DNA from: Ktedonobacterales bacterium
GTDB lineage: Bacteria; Chloroflexota; Ktedonobacteria; Ktedonobacterales; DATBGS01
Length of the DNA stretch: 64,000 nt
NCBI GenBank assembly: GCA_036557285.1
Contig: DATBHW010000016.1
Location: 6,995-70,994, forward strand
Reading direction: 5' to 3'
Below, piece by piece: positions 8,261 to 16,858 of the stretch (positions are counted from its first letter, which is position 1; each line of letters starts with the position of its first letter). Position numbers and translations under genes: made by a program. Below the pieces are notes generated by a model. The model ran no database searches. It was not told where the DNA came from and saw only the letters and a list, made by a program, of their open reading frames with translations.

Positions 8261-9781
8261 ATGGCTGCCAGGGGAATACTCACGTGGAGACAAGCGGGTA
8301 CTGGCGCTAATCTGATTGGCCGACTGGCGCTGGGACTGGAACGCCTGGCTCTGGCAGCGTTTATCATCACCATCTTGTTGCTCGGCTATTGGAGAGCCAT
8401 ACCGCTTAGCTGGTTCTCGCAAAGCTGGGCCGTCAGCAGCCAATATCAACTCGTGACCCTCTTCAATCCCCAATATCGGGCAATCATCCTCTATCCCAGC
8501 GACATCGCCGCTGCTGTAACAATTACGCTCTGCCTCCTTGGGCGCATTGCCGCCAGCATCACCCGACAGGAGCGTGCACCCCTGCGCTTCGGCCCGCTCT
8601 ATTTGATGCTCCCAGTGATCGGGATGGCGGCGCTTTCAGCTCTCAGTGCCACGCAGGCTGTTCTTCCCATTTTATCTCTCGAAATCGCGCTGCACCTGTT
8701 GTTCCTGGCAGCCCTGGTCATAGCCATCATTAATCTACGCCCTCCACTGTGGGCTGTAGCGGCGCCATTAGCGTTGCTGCTGGCAATAGAAGGGCTGCTG
8801 AGCCTGTTGCAGACGCTGGCGCAATCAACTTTGCTGGGTCCATTGCTCTTCAACTGGAGCCACAATATCACTGCTGCGCAGCCCGAAGCCAGTATCGTAC
8901 AATTGCCTGACGGGACACGCTGGCTGCGCGCCTATGGAAGCCTGCCCCACCCCAATATCCTGGGCGGGCTGCTGTGTCTGGCAATCCCAGTAGTCGCAGG
9001 CAGCTATCTGCGCCTGCCCCGCCGTAGCCTGGCCGCAGGCTGGCGGGCGTGGCTCCTGCTCATATCGCTCGGGCTGGGTCTGCTGGCGCTCTTACTCAGC
9101 TTTTCACGCGCAGCCTGGCTAGGTGTCTTCATCGCCGCACTCTGGGCGGGCTTACTCCTCTGGCAAAGGCGTCGTGTCGCCCGTCACCAGCCACCCGTTT
9201 CATCATTCGCTCCTCAGAACACCTCGCTCCATCTCTCTGAAGCAGCGCGGCGCCTGGCCTTTTTGTGCTTGCTCGGTGCTGGGCTGCTGGTTAGCCTGGT
9301 AGCAACGCTTGGCCCTGCAATACAATCACGGCTGCTCTTGAGCAACTCGACTCTGGAGCAGCGTTCGCTGAGCGAGCGAGCGATCTTACTAGAAGCGGGC
9401 GCAACCTTCTTCACACAGCACCCCTGGCTGGGGGTTGGCGCGGGCAACATGCCGCTTGTCGAACTCTCCTACCCTCCAACGCGCAATATAGGCGAATCCA
9501 CTCACAACGTTCCCATCGCTATTGCCGTCGAAACCGGACTCTTTGGCATGCTCCTCTGGCTGCTTCCTCCCATTGTCACGCTCTGGTACACCTGGGAGCG
9601 CCGCTTCGCGCTCTCAGCCGCCGGGCTGGCCGCATCCGTGGCGCTGATAGCTCTGAGCATTGTCGCACAGCTCGACCATTACCTCTGGACACAACCCACT
9701 GGCAGCCTCATCTGGTGGCTCGCCGTCACACTGGTGGCTCTTTGGAGCGAGCGCAGCAGCAACGAAGCCACGATACACTAG
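8261..9781 (+). CDS. O-antigen ligase / Wzy_C-domain polytopic membrane protein
   Basis: 506-aa ORF with at least 10 hydrophobic helices. The 'LLLSFSRAAWLGVFIAALW' region and a following periplasmic-type loop resemble O-antigen ligase-like proteins. It starts 5 nt after the previous stop. Confidence 0.7.
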   Translation: MAARGILTWRQAGTGANLIGRLALGLERLALAAFIITILLLGYWRAIPLSWFSQSWAVSSQYQLVTLFNPQYRAIILYPSDIAAAVTITLCLLGRIAASITRQERAPLRFGPLYLMLPVIGMAALSALSATQAVLPILSLEIALHLLFLAALVIAIINLRPPLWAVAAPLALLLAIEGLLSLLQTLAQSTLLGPLLFNWSHNITAAQPEASIVQLPDGTRWLRAYGSLPHPNILGGLLCLAIPVVAGSYLRLPRRSLAAGWRAWLLLISLGLGLLALLLSFSRAAWLGVFIAALWAGLLLWQRRRVARHQPPVSSFAPQNTSLHLSEAARRLAFLCLLGAGLLVSLVATLGPAIQSRLLLSNSTLEQRSLSERAILLEAGATFFTQHPWLGVGAGNMPLVELSYPPTRNIGESTHNVPIAIAVETGLFGMLLWLLPPIVTLWYTWERRFALSAAGLAASVALIALSIVAQLDHYLWTQPTGSLIWWLAVTLVALWSERSSNEATIH

Positions 9782-9882
9782 CAGAGCGCCTCTGCCACTG
9801 GCGGCAAACCTCGCCCGGCGCTACAATTTATCATTATCACCATCTTCTTACTATCAAAGAGTTTAGAAGGAGTTACCATCCT

Positions 9883-10752
9883 ATGCGTCGGGATAAACAG
9901 GCAGAGCCGCCATCTGACGACCATCAACCTCCCAGGAAACAGGCAAGGCAAACAGCGCCGCCCGCGCATCATGCTGTGCCGCCTGTACCAAATCCGAGTC
10001 TGAGCCGACGCGCTCGCCTGGGGCGACCAACCTCTGACGAGCAGCTTCTCCAGCGGCCCACGCGCAAGGAAGAAGCGCTCGCAATTGATTTTACCCACAC
10101 GGACCCCTGGCGTGTCCTGCGAATTATAGGCGAATTTGTCGAGGGCTTCGATACGCTGGCCCATATCCATCCTGCCGTGACCTTCTTTGGCTCGGCGCGT
10201 GTGCATCCAGCCGACCCCATGTACGAGGCAGCCTACCAGACCTCCAAACGCTTAGCGCAGGCAGGCTTTAATATTATCACTGGTGGCGGACCCGGCATCA
10301 TGGAAGCAGCGAACTGTGGAGCGGCGGACGGCGGCAGCAAATCGGTTGGCTGCAATATCGAACTACCACACGAACAGAGCCTCAACGCCTACGTGCAAAT
10401 CTCCATTAACTTCCGCTACTTCTTTGTACGCAAAACCATGTTTGTCAAATACGCCGAGGGCTTCGTGATCTTCCCTGGCGGCTTTGGCACTATGGATGAA
10501 CTCTTCGAGGCGCTCACACTCATCCAGACGGGCAAAGTGGAGATGTTCCCCGTCATCCTCTTTGGTTCGCGCTATTGGGAAGGGCTGCTCAACTGGATCA
10601 AAGCAACCATGCTGGCTGAAGGCAAAATCTCGCCTGAAGACCTCGATCTCTTGCAGATCACCGATTCGCCAGAAGAAGTCAGTCAGATCATCTTGAGCAA
10701 CTACCATACGAGGCAGAACGGCTCACCACCAATCCCTGGCACGCTGCGCTAG
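9883..10752 (+). CDS. LOG-family (TIGR00730-type) nucleotide 5'-monophosphate nucleosidase with Pro-rich N-terminal extension
   Basis: 'ITGGGPGIMEAANCGA' and 'PGGFGTMDELFEALTLIQT' signature motifs. The ATG at 9883 is preceded by AGAAGGAG. The track ORF begins at 9715. Confidence 0.85.
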   Translation: MRRDKQAEPPSDDHQPPRKQARQTAPPAHHAVPPVPNPSLSRRARLGRPTSDEQLLQRPTRKEEALAIDFTHTDPWRVLRIIGEFVEGFDTLAHIHPAVTFFGSARVHPADPMYEAAYQTSKRLAQAGFNIITGGGPGIMEAANCGAADGGSKSVGCNIELPHEQSLNAYVQISINFRYFFVRKTMFVKYAEGFVIFPGGFGTMDELFEALTLIQTGKVEMFPVILFGSRYWEGLLNWIKATMLAEGKISPEDLDLLQITDSPEEVSQIILSNYHTRQNGSPPIPGTLR

Positions 10753-10842
10753 CTGCTTCATGCGAGCTTGCCCGCAGAGCCGCGTCTCGGCGACTCAACG
10801 TCAGCTAGTGTAAATGTCGGCGCTGCAAAGCTCCTGTGGCGC

Positions 10843-10887
10843 GAGAAAAACAACGCCGCCTGGAGCCTTAGTGCACTCCAGGCGGCG
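10843..10887 (-). terminator. intrinsic terminator candidate for the 10913-11542 gene
   Basis: 12-bp perfect stem (10854-10865 cgccgcctggag / 10876-10887 ctccaggcggcg) with a 10-nt loop. It is followed on the minus-strand RNA by UUGUUUUUCUC. Confidence 0.6.
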
Positions 10888-10912
10888 CAGATAAATAGGT
10901 GACAACCAATCA

Positions 10913-11542
10913 TTATTCCCGTGAACGCGCCACAACGACACCATGCTCCTCGTCGTTTGGATCAGCCGCCCCAAGCTCCATCGCAAAGAGACCATCCAGG
11001 TCGCCAAGCTTACGATCAAGCCGATTGGCCTCATCCTTCAGCCATTCAGCCACCAATTCACAGGCTTCCTCTTTGCTGGAGGCTCGCACAACGGCGCGAT
11101 CCACTGCCAGAACTTCATTAGAAACGACATCCTGCTCCACGAGATACAGACCCAATCCCTCAAGGCGATCAGACGCTGTGTCTTGATGAGCTTCGGCTGG
11201 CAGCGGACGAAGGACCAGATCAGGTCCAAAAAGCACCACTTCCCCCTCCCAGGTCATCACTGTCATATCAGCCGATAAACGCCGCAACTCCATCACCATG
11301 CCCGGCCAGCACTCTTCCTCCGCAACCGCCCACATTTCCCGACCCAATGCCTGGCGTCGTTCTACATGCAACTGGCGGCCTATACCAGGCAGCACAGCCA
11401 GCATACGCTTCGGCGCCTCCGCAGAAACTATCGTCTCTGCATCCTCAAATAGAGCAGCGTCACCAGAGGACAACTCCCCATTCTCCTCATCTAGCAGCGT
11501 TTCTGGCATAGATATTCTCCTCACGAAGACCTGCTTGCTCAT
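10913..11542 (-). CDS. hypothetical acidic protein
   Basis: 209-aa ORF with natural-looking, Glu/Asp-rich composition. A strong terminator follows it. No motif recognised. Confidence 0.55.
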   Translation of the reverse strand: MSKQVFVRRISMPETLLDEENGELSSGDAALFEDAETIVSAEAPKRMLAVLPGIGRQLHVERRQALGREMWAVAEEECWPGMVMELRRLSADMTVMTWEGEVVLFGPDLVLRPLPAEAHQDTASDRLEGLGLYLVEQDVVSNEVLAVDRAVVRASSKEEACELVAEWLKDEANRLDRKLGDLDGLFAMELGAADPNDEEHGVVVARSRE

Positions 11543-11622
11543 TTGGTCTTCTATGCGTATTATAACGCCTGAGGGGGTGATTTCGCTACTGCCAAAGCTT
11601 CACATTTTCCACTGACCACGCC

Positions 11623-11651
11623 TTGACCCTTTTGCAGCCGTTGGCTATACT
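11623..11651 (+). promoter_or_regulatory. sigma70-type promoter for the PadR gene
   Basis: TTGACC (11623-11628), 17-nt spacer, TATACT (11646-11651), about 67 nt upstream of the ATG at 11719. Confidence 0.5.
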
Positions 11652-11659
11652 GACAACGG
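11638..11659. promoter_or_regulatory. inverted repeat overlapping the -10; candidate PadR auto-operator
   Basis: CCGTTG-N10-CAACGG dyad spanning the TATACT hexamer. Confidence 0.3.
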
Positions 11660-11718
11660 GACAAACCGAAGGGCCATCACTGGCGGCCAGGCCAGGGCTG
11701 AAGCAAAGGATCAGTAGG

Positions 11719-12303
11719 ATGGAAATTAGCGAACCGGCTGAATACGCCCTCTTGGGCTTGCTCTGGGATGGACCTCGTCATGGCTACGAATTGCATCGCG
11801 CCTTTGCTACCGACCAGGAATTAGGCGGCATCTGCCGCCTGGAACAGAGCCAGCTCTATGCCTTTCTGAAAAAGCTGGAGCAGCTGGGCTACCTCGAAAG
11901 CACGCTCGAACCCCAGGAGGGGCGTCCGCCCCGGCGCGTGGTGGGTCTGACCAGAAAAGGCCGACAAATGTTTCGCCAATGGATCGAAGCTCCCGTCCCC
12001 CGCCCACGCGAGGTGCGACTCCTCTTCCTCCTCAAGCTCTATTTTGCTCGCGCGTTTGGGGCAGAAACCATTCTCACCCTCATCACCCGACAAATCGAGG
12101 CATGCGAAGCCTTTCTCAAAAAACTCCATGAAGCGCCCCCTGGCTCTGTATCCAGCGAGGCGCTTCAGGATTTTCGCGTCATTGTCCACCGGGCGCGCAT
12201 CCGGCAGATCGAAGCAACGATTGGCTGGCTGGCAGAACTGCAACAACAGGCGCAAGCCATAGCCCTCTCTCCGACCAAAGAGAAAAGCGCCCAGACGCCT
12301 TGA
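11719..12303 (+). CDS. PadR-family transcriptional regulator
   Basis: N-terminal 'EYALLGLLWDGPRHGYELHRAF...LYAFLKKLEQLGYLES' winged-helix pattern typical of PadR. I chose the ATG at 11719; the track ORF starts at 11623. Confidence 0.8.
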   Translation: MEISEPAEYALLGLLWDGPRHGYELHRAFATDQELGGICRLEQSQLYAFLKKLEQLGYLESTLEPQEGRPPRRVVGLTRKGRQMFRQWIEAPVPRPREVRLLFLLKLYFARAFGAETILTLITRQIEACEAFLKKLHEAPPGSVSSEALQDFRVIVHRARIRQIEATIGWLAELQQQAQAIALSPTKEKSAQTP

Positions 12304-12401
12304 CACAAAAAGAAAAAGCCAATAACCCCCTCGCTTGCAGAGAAGTGAGGAAAGTATACCGGCTTCGACAACCTACGCTGCTTGAATGAACTCCCGGCGG
12401 C

Positions 12402-12527
12402 CTAGCGGTGCGAAGGCAAGCCAACCTTGGGATCGCCTGTGCGAATATGATAGGCCCACAAACCGGCAAATCCCAGGCAAGCAATACCCAACAGGGCTAT
12501 AACCGAGACGCCGTACCATCTGACCAT
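12402..12527 (-). CDS. candidate small single-pass membrane protein (41 aa)
   Basis: Not in the ORF track because it is under 60 aa. AAAAGGAG SD lies 5 nt upstream of the ATG at 12527. The hand translation MVRWYGVSVIALLGIACLGFAGLWAYHIRTGDPKVGLPSHR has one clear hydrophobic helix. It lies downstream of the GH13 gene on the same strand. Confidence 0.35.
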   Translation of the reverse strand: MVRWYGVSVIALLGIACLGFAGLWAYHIRTGDPKVGLPSHR

Positions 12528-12679
12528 GGTGGCTCCTTTTCTGCTTCAAGCGATTCAGCGATACGTGTCGCTGCCTCAACGCCTCGCAAACAGACCTGCT
12601 TGCAGGCAGCATCAGCGTTGGCGTCATTGGCAACGAGCTATTTCCTGCACAAAGCGCGCCAGAGCACTCGTATAGGCGC

Positions 12680-14146
12680 TCAGCGTGGCCGCCAGATTTG
12701 CGCCCCAAACGCTGGCAAGTCCAGACGAAGCGCCACATCTGGCTGGCTCTTCCCGCCCAGCACCGCGCTGGCAGTGCTCAACACCTCTCGTGCAGGCATC
12801 AGACCGGCTGGGAAGAGACCGTCTGGCAGTGCAACAGAAACAGGTGTCCTGTGGTTGGCAGCATTGACAACGACCAGCCGCCAATCGTTTTCCAGCGTCC
12901 AGCAAAACGCCAGCGCGGCTTCATTCTGTGCATCAATAAGTGTAAAAAGACCATCGTGGTAAATCGCCTGCCGCGTCTCACCGAGCAGCGCCCGATAGAA
13001 TGGCTCAATCAGCAGATCAGTCGCCTCCTCCAGACGGCGGCCAAGCTGCACAGGTGTTTTCACGCGCCATCCGGCAAGTTGCCCCTCATGTAGCAAACGC
13101 GCGCCTGGAATGAGCAAGCTTATCGCCGCCACGGCCAGGCTGCGCTGTGGGCCAAACGCCACCACCGCGCGCGCCTCATCATGGTTCTCGACAAAATGCG
13201 CCATCCGCGCTTGAAGGTCCAGAGGTCTGCCCAGCGCCACACGCAGACCTTCTACGTCGCCTTCAAGCAGCCGATCATACAAACCCTTATCATAAGTGTA
13301 ATCAAAGCCGAGCGCCTGCAATTCAGGCTCAGTCTCCCAGTACGCCTCAGCTAGAAAAGTAAAGTCGGGATGAGTTGCCTTGATAACAGGAATGATCTCG
13401 GCCCAGAACTCGGTCTCTGGTATTGGCCCGGCAGCAGCGCCCCAGGTAGTGCCAAACACACGATTCAAGAGCAGCATTGCCATATCACAGCGCACCCCAT
13501 CGCACTGATTGGCAAGCGTCTCAAGCGCGCTGCGAGCCAGGTTACGAGCAGAAGAGGCAAAGGCGTTGATCTGCGCGGTATCGCTCCAGGCGGGAAAATA
13601 AGGATCGCGCCCATGAGCCACAACATCACCGAGCGGCCCCTGAAAAAACGTCACCGGATCGGCGGCCAGCGCCTTTGTGTCTCCGTGAATAATGGCGTTC
13701 GGGTGTGTCGTCAGCCAGGGATGGTCAAAGGCGACGTGGTTGGGTACATAATCCAACAACAAGCGCAAGCCCCGCCGGGCAAGCTCCTTCCGACAGCGCG
13801 CCAGACCACTTGCCCCCCCTAGATAGTCATCAACCACATAGCGATGAACGGCGTAGGGTGATCCCACCACATCCTCTGGTTTGAGGTCAGGCAGCGCGCG
13901 GCGGTATTCATCGAGCGTTTGGGGGCGTCGGGCCAGATCGCGCGCCGCCGGACTTCGCTCCCAGACACCCATCAACCAGATAGCGTCAAACCCCCACGCC
14001 GCCAGCGCGTCATAGACTTCCGTTGGAATAGATTCCAGTGTAATTGGCCGACTATAGCGGCGACTCAGGGCAGTCAGCCAGGCCCAGGTATTGATCTCGT
14101 AGATCAGAGGATGCGTTCGTATCCTCAAGTGGTCCTCCTCAAACAA
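12680..14146 (-). CDS. GH13 alpha-amylase-family glycoside hydrolase/transferase
   Basis: 488-aa ORF. 'LLLDYVPNHVAFDHPW' (region I), 'GVRCDMAMLL' (region II, catalytic Asp) and 'FLAEAYWE' (region III Glu) are in canonical order. Confidence 0.85.
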   Translation of the reverse strand: MFEEDHLRIRTHPLIYEINTWAWLTALSRRYSRPITLESIPTEVYDALAAWGFDAIWLMGVWERSPAARDLARRPQTLDEYRRALPDLKPEDVVGSPYAVHRYVVDDYLGGASGLARCRKELARRGLRLLLDYVPNHVAFDHPWLTTHPNAIIHGDTKALAADPVTFFQGPLGDVVAHGRDPYFPAWSDTAQINAFASSARNLARSALETLANQCDGVRCDMAMLLLNRVFGTTWGAAAGPIPETEFWAEIIPVIKATHPDFTFLAEAYWETEPELQALGFDYTYDKGLYDRLLEGDVEGLRVALGRPLDLQARMAHFVENHDEARAVVAFGPQRSLAVAAISLLIPGARLLHEGQLAGWRVKTPVQLGRRLEEATDLLIEPFYRALLGETRQAIYHDGLFTLIDAQNEAALAFCWTLENDWRLVVVNAANHRTPVSVALPDGLFPAGLMPAREVLSTASAVLGGKSQPDVALRLDLPAFGAQIWRPR

Positions 14147-14202
14147 ATTGCTCCTTGTATTGTGTCGGCATTGTATCGCGTGGCGCTTCCAGCTTCCCTT
14201 CC

Positions 14203-15123
14203 TCAGTGGGAAAACCGCGCCACCCGCACCGCCTCATCGCGGTACATCAATAAGAAATTCCACAGCGCCAGGGCCGCAGCGGAAAGATGCCTGCCGCGCC
14301 GCCGCACCAGCGACCAATGGCGATGGACCGGGAAGCCCACCACATCCAGAATCACCAGCCGCCCGACGATCAACTCTAGCTCCAGCGCGCGCAGCGGCAT
14401 GACCGAAATGCCCAGGTCAGCCGTTACTGCTTGTTTGATTGCGCCGCTGCTGCGTAGTTCCATCCCCACATGAACCGGCGCGCCCTTTCCCAGAAAATGA
14501 TGCTCCACATCGGTTCTGGTTCCCGATCCTGCCTCGCGGAGCAGGAAAACCTCCTTGCTCAGTTCCTCAAGGGGGATATTCTTCATGCCCGCCAGGCGAT
14601 GGCGCGGCGAAGCAATCACCACCAGTTCATTGGGTACGAACTCAGCGACATCCAGATCATGGGTATCCTCAATCAACCCCATAACAGCCATATCCACCTC
14701 GTCATTCAGCAGCCGCTCTTGCACCGTAAAGCGATTGACCACATCCAGCGTCAGCTTCACATCAGGGTTCTGACGATGAAAGGCCCCCAGCACTGCGGGG
14801 ACAATATAAATGCCCGCCGTCGTGCTGGCCGCAACCTTCACCGTCCCACGTCGCGCGCCGCTTAGCTCTTCCAGCACAAGCTGTGTCTCATCCATCAGCG
14901 CAAAAATGCGCTCGCTATAACTCAGGAGTTCATTGCCAGCCTCGGTCAGCCGCAGCGTTCGGCCAACTTTCTCGAAGAGCGGCAGGCCAACACTGCGCTC
15001 CAGCGCCTTGACCTGCAAAGAGACCCCTGGCTGACTGAGAAACAGCACTTCCGCTGCCCGCGAATAGCTGCGCTGCTGCGCCACCGCCTGAAAAATGCGT
15101 AGTTGGTGCAGATTAATAAGCAT
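14203..15123 (-). CDS. LysR-family transcriptional regulator
   Basis: 'LHQLRIFQAVAQQRSYSRAAEVLFLSQPGVSLQVKALE' HTH followed by a substrate-binding domain. It is divergent from aceA-aceB. Confidence 0.9.
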   Translation of the reverse strand: MLINLHQLRIFQAVAQQRSYSRAAEVLFLSQPGVSLQVKALERSVGLPLFEKVGRTLRLTEAGNELLSYSERIFALMDETQLVLEELSGARRGTVKVAASTTAGIYIVPAVLGAFHRQNPDVKLTLDVVNRFTVQERLLNDEVDMAVMGLIEDTHDLDVAEFVPNELVVIASPRHRLAGMKNIPLEELSKEVFLLREAGSGTRTDVEHHFLGKGAPVHVGMELRSSGAIKQAVTADLGISVMPLRALELELIVGRLVILDVVGFPVHRHWSLVRRRGRHLSAAALALWNFLLMYRDEAVRVARFSH

Positions 15124-15191
15124 TTAGTTCCCCTTATCCCTTGACAAAAAAGTGATATGGAAAATTATACCGAATACACACCAGAGCTTTC

Positions 15192-15208
15192 ATCTATAAG
15201 CTATAGAT
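15192..15208. promoter_or_regulatory. dyad ATCTATA-N3-TATAGAT; candidate LysR-type binding site
   Basis: 7-bp perfect inverted arms (an ATC...GAT type dyad) in the AT-rich LysR/aceA intergenic region. Confidence 0.3.
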
Positions 15209-15528
15209 TATCAAATGGATAAAAAACTTATATGAACGATTATAATGGCAGCGGCAGGCTCCTGGTAAAAAAGCGAAACAATAGATGCGGCTACCTCAGG
15301 CCAATCAACATCAGGCTTCATAAGCATACGATCTTGAGGCAGATACATCGCCGCGCCTCGTGGAGATAAGGAAATATTTATTGATTCGATAAGTAACAGA
15401 GACTGGATTTTATAGGAAAACCCTGTTATGACTCTAATAACAACGTTTTGTGCCCGCTGCTTTGGGCGCTAGCGGGCCAGTGTCAGGCAGATGAACGAGC
15501 AAAATCGCCAGAAAGGACCAGATACCCG

Positions 15529-16803
15529 ATGACCCAATACCTTGCCGAACTGGCTACCACATGGAAAGAAGACCCGCGCTGGGCGGGCATCATTCGACCT
15601 TATGCTGCGGAGGACGTAGTGCGCCTGCGTGGTTCCATCCACATCGAATATACGCTGGCTCGCCTGGGCGCAAAACGCCTGTGGGAGCTTCTGCATACGG
15701 AGCCGTATATTGCCGCCCTGGGGGCGCTGACTGGCAATCAGGCCATGCAGCAGGTGAAAGCAGGCTTGCAAGCCATTTACTTGAGCGGCTGGCAGGTAGC
15801 GGCTGACGCCAACCTTGCCGGACACATGTACCCCGACCAGAGCCTCTACCCCGCTAACAGCGTTCCACAGGTCGTGCGTCGCATCAATCAGGCGTTGCAG
15901 CGCGCCGACCAGATTCATCATGCCGAAGGCAAGAACGGCATCCACTGGTTTGCGCCGATTGTCGCCGACGCCGAAGCAGGCTTTGGCGGTCCCTTGAACG
16001 TGTTTGAGCTAATGAAAGCCATGATCGAGGCCGGAGCCGCTGGCGTCCATTTTGAGGACCAACTTGCCTCCGAGAAAAAGTGCGGCCATATGGGCGGCAA
16101 AGTCCTGGTACCCACTGCAACCGCCATCAAGCATCTGGTCTCCGCGCGGCTGGCCGCCGACGTGATGGGCGTGTCCACACTCATTATCGCCCGCACCGAC
16201 GCCAACGGCGCGCACCTGATTACCAGCGACATTGACTCCCGTGACCATCGTTTCCTCACCGGGGAGCGCACTTCCGAAGGCTTCTTCCGCATACGCGCCG
16301 GGCTGGATACCGCCATAGCCAGGGGTCTTGCCTACGCTCCCTACTGCGACCTGATCTGGTGCGAAACCTCCGAGCCGAATATTGATGAGGCCTGCCGTTT
16401 CGCTGCCGCCATTCACGAGCAGTTCCCCGGCAAGCTCCTCGCCTATAACTGCTCCCCCTCCTTCAACTGGAAGAAAAAGTTGGACGCGCGCACCATCGCC
16501 ACCTTCCAGCAGCAGCTTGGAGAGATGGGCTACAAGTTCCAGTTCGTCACGCTGGCGGGCTTCCACGCCCTCAACTACAGCATGTTCGATCTGGCAAGCG
16601 AATACCGCGCGCGCGGCATGGAGGCGTACTCCGAACTGCAACAGGCCGAGTTTGGCCGCGAAGCCGATGGCTACAGCGCAACCCGCCATCAGCGCGAGGT
16701 GGGCACCGGCTACTTCGATGAGGTCGCGCTCGCCATTTCCGGTGGCGAAGCCTCTACCCTGGCTTTGACCGGCTCAACCGAACTGGCCCAATTCCACGCA
16801 TAA
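15529..16803 (+). CDS. aceA: isocitrate lyase
   Basis: '[13 protein letters not shown]' isocitrate lyase signature and full-length similarity pattern. I chose the ATG at 15529 ([18 protein letters not shown]); the track ORF starts at 15448. Confidence 0.95.
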   Translation: MTQYLAELATTWKEDPRWAGIIRPYAAEDVVRLRGSIHIEYTLARLGAKRLWELLHTEPYIAALGALTGNQAMQQVKAGLQAIYLSGWQVAADANLAGHMYPDQSLYPANSVPQVVRRINQALQRADQIHHAEGKNGIHWFAPIVADAEAGFGGPLNVFELMKAMIEAGAAGVHFEDQLASEKKCGHMGGKVLVPTATAIKHLVSARLAADVMGVSTLIIARTDANGAHLITSDIDSRDHRFLTGERTSEGFFRIRAGLDTAIARGLAYAPYCDLIWCETSEPNIDEACRFAAAIHEQFPGKLLAYNCSPSFNWKKKLDARTIATFQQQLGEMGYKFQFVTLAGFHALNYSMFDLASEYRARGMEAYSELQQAEFGREADGYSATRHQREVGTGYFDEVALAISGGEASTLALTGSTELAQFHA

Positions 16804-16832
16804 GCCAATGACCGGCCACATATTCTATAATG

Positions 16833-16858
16833 ATACCGGAGCGAAATCGCTCCGGTAT
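16833..16858 (+). promoter_or_regulatory. intercistronic stem-loop between aceA and aceB
   Basis: 11-bp perfect stem (ataccggagcg / cgctccggtat) with a 4-nt loop, followed by a pyrimidine-rich tctcctgtctc. Confidence 0.4.

Noticed and set aside
9782-9882. GCCACTGG, reminiscent of the cobalamin-riboswitch B12-box core, downstream of the B12-radical-SAM operon.
   Set aside because: Only about 100 nt are available, far too short for a cobalamin riboswitch. No other conserved riboswitch segments were recognised. It sits upstream of a LOG gene, not a B12-related gene.
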